Part shown: one piece after another, positions 47,810 to 57,219 of the stretch
Layout of the letters: each line of letters begins with the position of its first letter
Position numbering within the stretch: the stretch's first letter is position 1
Assembly: GCA_963826515.1 (NCBI GenBank)
Contig: CAWGXI010000005.1
Coordinates: 193,610-257,609, forward strand
DNA: 64,000 nucleotides
Direction: 5' to 3'
Source of the DNA: an uncultured Actinomycetota bacterium
GTDB taxonomy: Bacteria > Actinomycetota > Actinomycetes > Streptosporangiales > Streptosporangiaceae
Notes under the pieces: model-generated
Seen by the model: the letters and a program-made list of their open reading frames with translations, nothing else
What the model was told of the DNA's origin: nothing
The model's database searches: none
Translations under genes and position numbers: made by a program

Positions 47810-48060
47810 ACCACTTCGGACAGACTCGCCCGGCGTGTCGCAATCTGTGTGAAGCCCGGCGCTGACAACGGCCGCCATGCCGCCGTAGCTGTAGCAGCCG
47901 CCGGCGCTGAACGGTTCCTTTCGGTTCAGGGGCCGCCGTGTGACCTGCGGTTCAAGTCCGTCACGTCCGCGGGCATCCTCACGTCCGCGGGCACCCGCAC
48001 CGCCGCGGCACCGTCACGTCCGCGGGCACCCGCACCGCCGCGGCACCGTCACCGCCGCGC

Positions 48061-48357
48061 GCACCCTCGCCACCGCACGGGCACCCTCGCCACCGCACGG
48101 GCACCCTCGTCACCGGACGGGCACCCTCGTCACCGGACGGGCACCCTCGTCACCGGACGGGCACCCTCGTCACCGGACGGGCACCCTCGTCACCGCACGG
48201 GCACCCTCGCCACCGCACGGGCACCCTCGCCACCGCACGGGCACCCTCGCCACCGCACGGGCACCCTCGCCACCGCACGGGCACCCTCGCCACCGCACGG
48301 GCACCCTCGCCACCGCACGGGCACCCTCGCCACCGCACGGGCACCCTCGCCACCGCA
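48061..48357. repeat. 20-bp tandem repeat, about 15 copies in two sequence variants (intergenic)
   Basis: gcaccctcgccaccgcacgg, with a block of gcaccctcgtcaccggacgg variants. A 36-bp duplication lies just upstream (47965-48060). Confidence 0.95.
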
Positions 48358-48366
48358 GGCCACGAT

Positions 48367-48549
48367 TCAGGATGCGTGCGCGTCGGGGAAGGCAAGCCGC
48401 AGCGGCGGCACCATCCCGGCATCTGCGAGCGTGCGGAGTGCGCGCCTTTCCGGTTCGTCAATCTCGACCTCGACGCTCAACAGCGCGCCAACGACACAAT
48501 CCTTGCAGGCGATTTCACGCATCTCGCACCGGTCACAGTCGATCAGCAT
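48367..48549 (-). CDS. small conserved Cys-containing hypothetical protein (60 aa)
   Basis: MLIDCDRCEMREIACKDCVVGALL...; GGAGGGA lies 6 nt before ATG 48549. High GC3. Confidence 0.55.
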   Translation of the reverse strand: MLIDCDRCEMREIACKDCVVGALLSVEVEIDEPERRALRTLADAGMVPPLRLAFPDAHAS

Positions 48550-49174
48550 GGCCACTCCCTCCAGCTCGTGATCCCGCGTGCCGGAACCACGGGTAGACGT
48601 TAGAAGGAGGCACCGACATTTCCCTGTGCGGCCATGTCAGCCGGGCCACCCTGGCACGTGCTTGCATCAGTGTGAACTAACAGCACCAGAGGGGTGCCTG
48701 TGGCCCTTGCCCGACGATGCCGTCTGGCACACGATGGCCCATTGTGTGTCAAATTTGGCGCCCAATGGGCCATCGTGTGTCACCGCGAGCCCTCGCCCGA
48801 GCGGAAATAACGGCCCATCGGTGTGGCTCTGGCGGAGGGAGTTGAAATGCCTGCTGCGGACGCGGCTTGGTGGCAGCCGTGTCGCGGATAAACGTGCCGC
48901 GGTCGGCGGATTCGTCGTTATGGATGGAACTCGCCCACCATTGGGCACGGGCATTGCGGCGGCCGCATATTGGCTGGCAACGCTCAGGCATCATGGGCGT
49001 CGCTGTTACTTAGGAACAACATCGCGTCGATCAGCACAGGGACAACGCCATGGCGGCCACGCCAGGGGCGCCATCCCAATGCCGTCATGCCGAGGGCCAC
49101 GGGAGGTAACTCCAGACGAGCCGCACCCACCGGCCAGCGTGTGCTGCGGGAAGCGAGATCACGGCACCCAGCAC

Positions 49175-49345
49175 CGGCGCCACACCGGGCGAGCGGCACC
49201 CAGCCGACGCCACCCCCGGCGCCACACCGGGCAAGCGGCACCCAGCCGACGCCACCCCCGGCGCCACACCGGGCGAGCGGCACCCAGCCGACGCCACCCC
49301 CGGCGCCACACCGGGCAAGCGGCACCCAGCCGACGCCCACCCCCG
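49175..49345. repeat. 42-bp tandem repeat x4
   Basis: gccacaccgggcRagcggcacccagccgacgccacccccggc repeated. Alternate copies differ by one base. Confidence 0.9.
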
Positions 49346-49382
49346 GCGTCGCCGGTACAGGCACGAATCTAACGGCGATGCG

Positions 49383-49613
49383 CTAGCCGGGCCTCGCGAC
49401 GAGTTCCACGGTCTCTGCGGTATCGCACCAACGGCAGCGGACCTGCTCGACCGTCTCCGCGAGCACTTGGCACTCCTCGACCTTCGGCTCTCCCGACAGG
49501 TCCTGGTGCACGTACTCACGGGAACGGACCGTTCTGGTGACGTCGAACCTTGTCAGGTTGCCGCAGCGGGTGCAGCGCCACCGTGTCTGCCCGGTGGGCC
49601 AAGACACGCCCAT
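49383..49613 (-). CDS. small zinc-ribbon-like conserved protein (76 aa)
   Basis: MGVSWPTGQTRWRCTRCGNLTRFDV...VRCRWCDTAETVELV has two CxxC pairs. Internal ATG 49613; the ORF upstream of it runs through a 16-bp repeat. Confidence 0.6.
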   Translation of the reverse strand: MGVSWPTGQTRWRCTRCGNLTRFDVTRTVRSREYVHQDLSGEPKVEECQVLAETVEQVRCRWCDTAETVELVARPG

Positions 49614-49764
49614 GGAATCCCTCCTGGAGATCGAGGCCACTCGGCTCGCGGACCGCACAAGGCCGCGCCCCCTCCGAGGCCTGCCGGGCGCTCCGCTCGC
49701 CCTGCGCCTAGCCCCGGGGTAGGCGCAGGGAGCGCCGAGCGCACACCGCAAAGCGTGCACCGCA

Positions 49765-49828
49765 CGGAGCAAGCAGAGCGCGGAGCAAGCAGAGCGCGGA
49801 GCAAGCAGAACGCGGAGCAAGCAGAACG
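49765..49828. repeat. 16-bp tandem repeat x4
   Basis: cggagcaagcagaRcg repeated. Confidence 0.85.
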
Positions 49829-49865
49829 CGCATGCCCTGCCAAGCGTACGGGGCGCTGCTTCATG

Positions 49866-51413
49866 TCACACGGGGATTACACCGCGTTTGCGCGCCGGCG
49901 GCGCCAACTGCTTTTTTTCCGAGATCTTCAGGCCGCGGATAATGTGCCCCCGGGTATCGGCGGGGTCAACGATGTCGTCGATGAACGCTTGCTTGGCCGT
50001 GAGGTAGGGATCGATCTGGGCGCGCACGGTCGCGAGCAGGTCCTGCCGCAGGTCGTCCCGGGGCGCACCGGCGTCCGCGGCGGCAAGCTGACGGCGGAAC
50101 AGGATATTGACCGCACCCTCCGGTCCCATGATCGAGATCTCGGCAGTCGGCCAGCCTACGATGTAGTCGGCCTCATACTGGCGGCCGCCCATGACGTAAT
50201 AACCGGCCCCGTAGGCCTTGCGCAGGATGACCGTAACCTTCGGCACGGTAGCGCACGAGATGTTGTGGAGGAACTTGGCACCGTGCCGCAGGATGCCCCG
50301 GTGCTCCACCTCACGGCCGACGACGAAGCCTGGCACGTCGACGAGGAAGACGAGCGGTATCCCGAACGCGTCGCAAATGTTGATGAACTTGGCCGCCTTG
50401 TCCGCCTCGTCCACGGCAATGGCGCCCGCCCGGATCATGGGCTGAGACGCCACGATGCCCACGGGACGGCCCGCGAATCTTGCGAAACCCGTGATGAGGG
50501 CCCTGGCCCAGTCCGCCTTGAGCGGGAAGAATTCGCCGTCATCGGCGATTTCCTTGATCACACGGCGCATGTCGTACGCCTTGCGGAGGTTGGCGGGCAC
50601 GATCTCGTACAGCCTCTCTGAGCGTCGGTCCGGCGGATCGGAAACGGGCCTGACCGGCAGCGGGTCGCCGTAGCGCGAGGGCATGAAAGACAGGTACGCG
50701 CGGACCAGGCGGAGGCATTCCGCGTCGTCGGCGGCCTCGGCGTCCGCCACGCCGGAGATCTTGGCGTGCACGGCCGAGCCGCCCATCTCCTCCTCCGTGA
50801 GTTCTTCCCCTGTAGCGGCGCGCACAAGGTGGACACCGGCGAGGGCCATCGACGACGTGCCCTTCACCATGGGGACGAAATCGCACAGCGCCGGCACGTA
50901 CCCGGTCCCCGCGCTGCAGTGCCCGAGCACAGCACCTACCTGCGGCACGACCCCGCTCATCTGGCTCATCTCACGGAACAAATCACCGGTGCCGCCGAAC
51001 GCGCCGACCGCCTCGTTAACCCGCCCGCCTGCGGAATCGAGCAGGTAAACGACGGGATACCCATGGCGGACGGCTAGCTCACGGGTCCGCGCGGCCTTAC
51101 GTTCGCCGTGCACGCCCATCGACCCGGCGAGGACGGTGAAATCGTAGGCAATGACCGCCGCTCTGCGGCCGTCGATCTCGCCGGTGCCGGTGACGACCCC
51201 GTCCGCCCACGTACGGCGCCCGGATGTCTGCGGTGTGTCGGCCGCCTGGGCCAGCATGCCGACCTCGGAGAATGTCCCCACGTCGAAAAGAAGGCCCAGA
51301 CGTTCCCTGACGGTCAGCTTGCCGAGCCCGTGCTGGCGTTCGACCAGCTTGTCGCCACCCATCCCGAGCGCATCGGCCTTCCGCTCAGCCAGATCGCGCG
51401 CCAGTTCGCGCAT
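49866..51413 (-). CDS. acyl-CoA carboxylase carboxyltransferase (beta) subunit
   Basis: 515 aa from ATG 51413. Carboxyl-transferase N and C domains (AYDFTVLAGSMG, ...VDVPGF..G...E..GI.RHGAK). The 300-aa N-terminal extension in the ORF track is not protein-like. Confidence 0.88.
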   Translation of the reverse strand: MRELARDLAERKADALGMGGDKLVERQHGLGKLTVRERLGLLFDVGTFSEVGMLAQAADTPQTSGRRTWADGVVTGTGEIDGRRAAVIAYDFTVLAGSMGVHGERKAARTRELAVRHGYPVVYLLDSAGGRVNEAVGAFGGTGDLFREMSQMSGVVPQVGAVLGHCSAGTGYVPALCDFVPMVKGTSSMALAGVHLVRAATGEELTEEEMGGSAVHAKISGVADAEAADDAECLRLVRAYLSFMPSRYGDPLPVRPVSDPPDRRSERLYEIVPANLRKAYDMRRVIKEIADDGEFFPLKADWARALITGFARFAGRPVGIVASQPMIRAGAIAVDEADKAAKFINICDAFGIPLVFLVDVPGFVVGREVEHRGILRHGAKFLHNISCATVPKVTVILRKAYGAGYYVMGGRQYEADYIVGWPTAEISIMGPEGAVNILFRRQLAAADAGAPRDDLRQDLLATVRAQIDPYLTAKQAFIDDIVDPADTRGHIIRGLKISEKKQLAPPARKRGVIPV

Positions 51414-51711
51414 GGCGGCCGCGCCGTCTGCGGCACCGTCTGCGGCACCGTCTGATGCCCGTCTCGCCTGGGCGCCCACTAACCCTCCCGCGATACCGAA
51501 TGAGATTCGATGTGTCGTACGGTACCCCCCGCGCGCCAGCACCCCCCGCATCCCGCTGCGCCTCGCTGGCCCCGCACTCTGCCTCGCGCCGTGCCTGCGC
51601 TGCCCCCCGTGCCGGCCCCATACTCTGCCTCGCGCTGCCCTCACCTTGAGGCGGCGACATCCGGCGGGCGGCGTCTCCGTATTGTCGGTACCAGGGCCTA
51701 TCGTCGGCAGC

Positions 51712-53268
51712 GTGACGACCTCCAGTGGCGTGCCGGAAGCTCGCAGTGACGGCGCGCGCGAGACGCCAGCCCAGACCGATTCGGCGGAGCCGGGTGAGAT
51801 ACCGCTTGAACCATGCCTCAGCCTGGTGCAGGGAGCCCTCGACGGACTGGCCCGCCCGCTGGCGGAAACAGAATTCGTGGTCGTCGATCTGGAGACGACG
51901 GGCGGCTCTCCGGCCGACGCTGCGATCACAGAAATTGGCGCGGTGCGTACCCGCCAGGACGGCCGCAGCGGGACGGACGCGCCAGGCAGTGAATTCGCCA
52001 CCCTGGTCAACCCGGGCCGTGCCATACCTCCGCACGTCGCCACGCTGACCGGAATAACAGATGCCCTCGTAGCCGCCGCTCCCCGGGCCGAGGAGGTCCT
52101 ACCGCGGTTCATTGAGTTCGCGGCCGGATCCGTGCTTGTCGCGCACAATGCGCCCTTCGACATCGGCTTCCTCAAGGCGGCGTGTGCGCGACACAGCCTC
52201 ACCTGGCCCGCGCTTCCCACACTGGACACCGCGGCGCTGGCTAGGCGGATGCTCACGACCGACGAGGTCAATGACTGCCGGCTCGGCACGCTCGCCGACT
52301 TCTTCGCCGCAACCACACGGCCATGCCATCGCGCACTTGACGACGCCCATGCGACGACCGCCGTATTTCATGGCCTCCTAGACCGGCTCGAGCGCCGCGG
52401 CGTGCACACGCTCGAGGCGCTTCGTGGTTTCGGCCTGCCGCCAGCGCCTGAGCGGCGGCGGATGCGCCTGCTCACCGCCGCCATCCCCCGTACACCCGGG
52501 GTATGCATGTTCATCGGGGCGGACGGGCAGGTGCTGCACGTCGTACGCAGCTCAGATATGCACGCACGTGCCTGCGGCTACTTCGCCGCAGCCGAGGCTC
52601 GCCGTGAGATTCGCGAAATGATCAGCAAGACGGCCCGGATCCTGCCGCTCGGCTGCGCAACGGCGCTCGAAGCCGAAGTCGCGGAGATCCGGCTGATCGC
52701 CGTGCACCGGCCGCCGCTCGGCACGGGACGGCAGTTGCGCGGCGACGGGGCCGATACCACGGGCGCCGCGCGCCGGGTCCGCACCGCACCACCCGGCGGC
52801 CCAGCGCACGGCGGCCCAGCGCACGGCGGCCCAGCGCACGGCGGCCCAGCGCACGGCGGCCCAGCGCACGGCGGCCCAGCGCACGGCGGCCCAGCGCACG
52901 GCGGCGCTGACAGTCCGGGCGGGGACACGCCTGACCGCGCCGTTCGGCTCCAGCCGCTCGCGGCGGCCCGATGCGTGGTCGCGGCCCGGCCGCGCTTCGC
53001 TGGCGGATGGGATGTGGCATGGATCGGAAACGGGCTGCTTGAAGCCACTGCGGTGCTACCGCCGGGTGCCATGCCAGCAGCATGCGAGCGAGCCCATAAA
53101 ACGGGCAGCCTGCCCGGCCAGGTAATGCCGTGCGCCGCCCCCCCGGCGTCGCCCGGCACCGCCGGAGCAGGGAGCGCCGAGACTGCCTGCCTGGTGAGCT
53201 GGCTGGAGTCACCCGGCGTTCGGCTCATCAGAGTAGAAGGCACCTGGTGCTCGCGGGTCCCGCGGTAA
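51712..53268 (+). CDS. DEDD 3'-5' exonuclease (Pol III epsilon-like) fused to a GIY-YIG-like domain (Rv2191-like)
   Basis: Exo motifs FVVVDLETTG, VAHNAPFDIGFL, HRALDDA; then PGVCMFIGADGQVLHVVRSSDM... A GGPAH x7 repeat follows. GTG 51712 chosen; the C-terminal third is low complexity. Confidence 0.8.
   Translation: MTTSSGVPEARSDGARETPAQTDSAEPGEIPLEPCLSLVQGALDGLARPLAETEFVVVDLETTGGSPADAAITEIGAVRTRQDGRSGTDAPGSEFATLVNPGRAIPPHVATLTGITDALVAAAPRAEEVLPRFIEFAAGSVLVAHNAPFDIGFLKAACARHSLTWPALPTLDTAALARRMLTTDEVNDCRLGTLADFFAATTRPCHRALDDAHATTAVFHGLLDRLERRGVHTLEALRGFGLPPAPERRRMRLLTAAIPRTPGVCMFIGADGQVLHVVRSSDMHARACGYFAAAEARREIREMISKTARILPLGCATALEAEVAEIRLIAVHRPPLGTGRQLRGDGADTTGAARRVRTAPPGGPAHGGPAHGGPAHGGPAHGGPAHGGPAHGGPAHGGADSPGGDTPDRAVRLQPLAAARCVVAARPRFAGGWDVAWIGNGLLEATAVLPPGAMPAACERAHKTGSLPGQVMPCAAPPASPGTAGAGSAETACLVSWLESPGVRLIRVEGTWCSRVPR
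52795..52899. repeat. perfect 15-bp tandem repeat x7 (GGPAH) inside the exonuclease gene
   Basis: ggcggcccagcgcac repeated seven times. Confidence 0.9.
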
Positions 53269-53496
53269 GCGAGTCGGATAACCTACCGCTGTCGCCACGC
53301 GAGAATGCGGCCGCCTGCTGGGCGGGTGCTGCCCGGCGGGTGCTGCCCGGCGCCCCGGGGTGGGCACTGCCCAGCAGACGCTGCCCAGCACACGCTGCAC
53401 AGCAGACGCCGCAACCAGGCGACGGCGAGGCAGCCGGTCGCTATGGACGCGGCGGCCACACAGGATTCCGCCGGATGGTGCCGTAGGAGGCAGAAA

Positions 53497-53790
53497 GTGG
53501 TCACCGCGATCGTTCTCATCCGCACCGAGGTCCAGCGCATACCCGAGGTCGCCGCCGAGATCGCACAGTTCCCCCACGTCAGCGAGGTCTACTCGGTGAC
53601 GGGCGAGTTCGACCTCGTCGCGATGGTACGGGTCCGCGCACACGAGGACCTCGCCGACGTCATCCCCGGGGGACTCAACATGGTGCCCGGCGTCACGCAC
53701 ACGGAGACCCACGTGGCGTTCCGCACGTATTCACGGCACGACCTCGAGGCCGCGTTCGCACTCGGCTTCACCGACGGGGCAGAAGGCTGA
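53497..53790 (+). CDS. small Lrp/AsnC ligand-binding-domain protein
   Basis: VVTAIVLIRTEVQRIPEVAAEIAQFPHVSEVYSVTGEFDLVAMVRV... GTG start 7 nt after AGGAGG. Confidence 0.8.
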   Translation: MVTAIVLIRTEVQRIPEVAAEIAQFPHVSEVYSVTGEFDLVAMVRVRAHEDLADVIPGGLNMVPGVTHTETHVAFRTYSRHDLEAAFALGFTDGAEG

Positions 53791-53841
53791 ATCTGGGCTC
53801 GATCCGGTGATCAGCGGCTCGCCGGGATCTCCGAGGGCGGT

Positions 53842-54936
53842 TCAGGCACTCGCGGCAAGCCGCTGCGTTACAAGCACCCAGCGGCTGAGCAGCGCTTCTG
53901 CGGCTCCCGAGTCGACGGCGGCGCGGGCGCGGGCATAACCGTCACGCAGTGACCCGGTCAGCGCATCCGCGCCTGGCACTCCCGCGTCGGCGGCCAGAGC
54001 CGCCGACGCGTTCAGCAGCACCGCGTCACGAACTGGCCCAGGCTCGCCGCCGAGCACCGCGCGCGCCACGGCCGCGTTGTGCGCCGCGTCACCGCCTTTC
54101 AGGTCAGCGGGCTCGGCCCGGGCGATGCCAAGGTCGGCCGGGTCGAGCAGAACCTCGCTGAACTGCGCCTCCTGGCCAGGCTGAACAACCCACACCCGCG
54201 ATGTCGTCGTCGTGGTGAGCTCGTCGAGGCCATCGCTGCCATGGAACACAAGCGCTGAACACCCGCGCCCGGCGAGGACCCCGGCTATGACCTCGCACAT
54301 TCCCGCGTCCGCCACCCCGACCGCGAGCGCCTGCGGCCGGGCGGGGTTGGCCACCGGGCCGAGGAAGTTGAACGCCGTCGGCACGCCCAGTTCGCTCCGC
54401 GCGGTGGCCGCGTGACGCAGCGCAGGATGGTAGAGCGGCGCGAACAGGAACACGATCCCCGTTTCCTCCGCCACCTGCTCGGTCAGGGCAGGGGGCAGAT
54501 CGATGACCACGCCGAGCGCTTCGAGCACATCTGCGGCGCCGCACGCCGATGACGCGGCGCGGTTGCCGTGTTTGGCCATCTTGGCGCCCGCAGCCGCCGC
54601 GACGATCGCGCCCATCGTGGAGATGTTCACCGTCCGTGCCCCGTCGCCACCTGTCCCGACAAGATCGGTGATCCGGCCCGGGATCCGCAGCGGCAGCGCG
54701 TGATCGAGCATGGCCTGCGCGAGGCCGGTCATCTCGGCGGCCGTCTCACCCTTCGCACGCAGCGCCACGCCAAAGCCCGCGATCTGCACGGCGGTGGCCG
54801 CGCCGGTCATGATCTCGTTCATCGCCCAGGCGGCCTCCGCCGTCGTGAGCGACTGACCCTTCACAAGGGCACCAATCAGGGCCGGCCACGTAGTCCTGGC
54901 ATCCATGACGCCACCTTCGGAGTCGTTAGGGATCAT
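53842..54936 (-). CDS. trpD: anthranilate phosphoribosyltransferase
   Basis: DLVGTGGDG, NISTMGAIV, KHGNRAASS, PALRH motifs. Start may be ATG 54906. Confidence 0.92.
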   Translation of the reverse strand: MIPNDSEGGVMDARTTWPALIGALVKGQSLTTAEAAWAMNEIMTGAATAVQIAGFGVALRAKGETAAEMTGLAQAMLDHALPLRIPGRITDLVGTGGDGARTVNISTMGAIVAAAAGAKMAKHGNRAASSACGAADVLEALGVVIDLPPALTEQVAEETGIVFLFAPLYHPALRHAATARSELGVPTAFNFLGPVANPARPQALAVGVADAGMCEVIAGVLAGRGCSALVFHGSDGLDELTTTTTSRVWVVQPGQEAQFSEVLLDPADLGIARAEPADLKGGDAAHNAAVARAVLGGEPGPVRDAVLLNASAALAADAGVPGADALTGSLRDGYARARAAVDSGAAEALLSRWVLVTQRLAASA

Positions 54937-55006
54937 GGGTCGCGGTACCGGTCCGGTGCGGAAGCGACCGCGCGAGCGGGTGCGTTCCAGCCTGCGGCCC
55001 GCACCT

Positions 55007-55561
55007 TCACGCTTGCGTAAGCGCGGCGCGGTGGCGCATCAGGCCGGCCAGCGCGGCCGCTAGTGCCGGGGGATCAATGGGGTGGCTGACCACGGAATCG
55101 GCGCCGCTCCAGGTGGCCAGCCAGCCGTCGTCAACCCGGCCGATCACCAAGAGCACAGGCGGGCAGTTGTAGATCTCGTCCTTGGCCTGCCTGCACACGC
55201 CCATCCCGCCGGCGGGCTGCGCCTCACCGTCGAGAACCATGATGTCGATCCCGCCCGCGTCGAGGCGGCTGAAGAGCCCCGGCTCAGTCGCGCACTCGAT
55301 CAGCTCGGCCGGCGGGACATCAGGCGCGGGCCTGCGCCCGATGGCGATCCGGATCGCAGCGCGGGTACCGCCGTCATGGCTATAGACGAGGACCCTCATC
55401 GCCTTTTCTCGCGGCGGGTCGTGCGAGGAGCCGTGCGGTTCGTGCGACGAGCCCGGCGGTTCCTGCGACGAGCCCGGCGGTTCCTGCGACGAGCCCGGCG
55501 GTTCCTGCGACGAGCCGGGCGGGATCTGCTGTGCCTGCGACGATTCGTCGGTACTGCTCAT
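55007..55561 (-). CDS. CheY/receiver-like conserved protein with PPGSSQE repeat N-terminus
   Basis: C-terminal 130 aa ([17 protein letters not shown]...[21 protein letters not shown]...PVLLVIGR) look receiver-like. Alternative start ATG 55399 would exclude the 21-bp x4 repeat. Confidence 0.6.
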   Translation of the reverse strand: MSSTDESSQAQQIPPGSSQEPPGSSQEPPGSSQEPPGSSHEPHGSSHDPPREKAMRVLVYSHDGGTRAAIRIAIGRRPAPDVPPAELIECATEPGLFSRLDAGGIDIMVLDGEAQPAGGMGVCRQAKDEIYNCPPVLLVIGRVDDGWLATWSGADSVVSHPIDPPALAAALAGLMRHRAALTQA

Positions 55562-55700
55562 GTGTTCGTCCATTGGTTGGCGGCTGCGTGAGCAACAGGG
55601 TGCGGTCACGGTGTACGCAAGGATGCTAGCCGCCCCCGATCGCGGTTGCCTGACGCGAGTACGGGGGGCGCGCGAAACAGAGCCGCCTGGTATCGCAATA

Positions 55701-56366
55701 ATGGCCCACGTGACGACAGTAACCAGGGCCGAGACGGCGCCACGCGCGCCGTCCCCGTATCGGCCCAACCTCGTCAGCGTGGGCACCATCATCTGGCTGT
55801 CCTCCGAGCTCATGTTCTTCGCGGCCCTGTTCGCGATGTACTTCACGGTGCGCTCGGTCACCAAGGGGGCAGGGGGTGTCTGGCCCGGGGCCCATCTGAA
55901 CAAGCCGTTCGCGTCCATCAACACGACGGTCCTCGTGCTGTCCAGCGTCACCTGCCAGATGGGCGTGTTCGCGGTCGAGCGCGGCAAGATCAGGCGCAGC
56001 GGCCCGCTGCTTCGGCCCGCGTTCTGGAAACTGAGCTGGGGCCTGCGCGAGTGGTACGTACTTTCGTTCCTGATGGGGCTTTTCTTCATCTGCGGCCAGG
56101 CGTACGAATATCACGACCTGGTCACAAAAGAGGGCGTTACTCTGTCGTCGAGCGGCTACGGTTCGGTGTTCTACCTCACCACCGGTTTCCACTTCCTGCA
56201 CGTGACCGGCGGGCTGATCGCGTTCCTCTTCATCCTCGGACGCACGTTCGCCGCAAAACGCTTCACCTATGAGCAGCAGATCAGCGCCATCGTCGTTTCG
56301 TATTACTGGCACTTTGTCGACGTGGTGTGGATCGGCCTCTTCGCCACTATCTATCTCATCCACTGA
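55701..56366 (+). CDS. ctaE: cytochrome c oxidase subunit III
   Basis: MAHVTT...[18 protein letters not shown]...[11 protein letters not shown]...[10 protein letters not shown]. Internal ATG 55701. Confidence 0.9.
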   Translation: MAHVTTVTRAETAPRAPSPYRPNLVSVGTIIWLSSELMFFAALFAMYFTVRSVTKGAGGVWPGAHLNKPFASINTTVLVLSSVTCQMGVFAVERGKIRRSGPLLRPAFWKLSWGLREWYVLSFLMGLFFICGQAYEYHDLVTKEGVTLSSSGYGSVFYLTTGFHFLHVTGGLIAFLFILGRTFAAKRFTYEQQISAIVVSYYWHFVDVVWIGLFATIYLIH

Positions 56367-56403
56367 GCTATCTCATCCACTGAGCCATCTCATCCACTGA
56401 GCG
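56353..56403. repeat. 17-bp tandem repeat x3 spanning the ctaE stop codon
   Basis: atctcatccactgagc(t/c/g) x3. The first copy holds the ctaE TGA. Confidence 0.85.
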
Positions 56404-56418
56404 GAGACAGGGACAGCA

Positions 56419-57219
56419 GTGAGCTGGATCACCGCGCGGCGACGGCACCCGGCGGCCGGGTATGCCATCGTTCTTCTCGGGCTCGTGCTCGTCGGCGTGG
56501 TTTACGCGGCACTCGCCGGGCACCGTGCCGCGGCGGCGGGCGTTCCCCCGGGTTACAGCGGGGAGGACGTCGCGAAGGGCAGGCAGTTGTTCGGGCAGGA
56601 ATGCGCAACCTGCCACGGCCTGAACGCCGAGGGCAGCAGCAGGGGTCCCAGCCTCATCGGCGTCGGAGCCGCGGCTGTCGACTTCCAGGTCAGTACTGGC
56701 CGGATGCCTGCCAAAGAGCAGGGCGCACAGGTGCCACAGAAGCCGCGGACCCTGAACGCGGCGCAGACTCGCGCGCTCGCCGCCTACATCGCCTCGCTGG
56801 GGGGCGGCCCAGCGGTCCCGACCGCGGCTGAGGTCAATACCTCCGGCGCCGACGTCGGGCTTGGCCAGCAGATCTTCGTCGCGGAGTGCGCGCAATGCCA
56901 CAACTTCAGCGGCGCCGGCGGTGCGCTGACCTATGGCAAATACGCCCCCGCCCTCACCACGGCGACTCCGACGCAGATCTACGAAGCGATGCTGACCGGC
57001 CCGCAGTCGATGCCGGTCTTCAACGGCACAACCATCACACCGAGCGAGAAGCGGGACATCATCAAGTACATCACGCAGACCCGGGCTGAGCCCAATCCGG
57101 GCGGATTCAGCCTGGGCCGCGTCGGACCGGTCACCGAAGGTCTCGTCGGCTGGCTTTTCGGCCTGGGCCTGGTGATCTTGGCCGCCATGTGGATCACTGC
57201 GAAGCAGCGTGAGCAATGA
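56419..57219 (+). CDS. qcrC: cytochrome bc1 complex dihaem cytochrome c subunit
   Basis: Two CxxCH motifs (CATCHG, CAQCHN), an N-terminal and a C-terminal TM segment. Confidence 0.92.
   Translation: MSWITARRRHPAAGYAIVLLGLVLVGVVYAALAGHRAAAAGVPPGYSGEDVAKGRQLFGQECATCHGLNAEGSSRGPSLIGVGAAAVDFQVSTGRMPAKEQGAQVPQKPRTLNAAQTRALAAYIASLGGGPAVPTAAEVNTSGADVGLGQQIFVAECAQCHNFSGAGGALTYGKYAPALTTATPTQIYEAMLTGPQSMPVFNGTTITPSEKRDIIKYITQTRAEPNPGGFSLGRVGPVTEGLVGWLFGLGLVILAAMWITAKQREQ

Noticed and set aside
47849-48596. 240-aa and 218-aa ORFs across the 20-bp x15 array
   Set aside because: Periodic peptide (20-aa period) generated by the repeat. No start-site signals and no homology-like features.
48578-49372. 264-aa plus-strand ORF
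   Set aside because: GC3 is far below that of neighbouring genes, Cys/His/Arg-rich, and it runs into the 42-bp repeat. Kept only as an unexplained region in the findings.
51414-52316. 300-aa N-terminal extension of the carboxyltransferase ORF, and the 51151 start of the exonuclease ORF
   Set aside because: The two extensions overlap each other on opposite strands and lack family similarity. Conserved domains begin at 51413 (minus) and about 51712 (plus).
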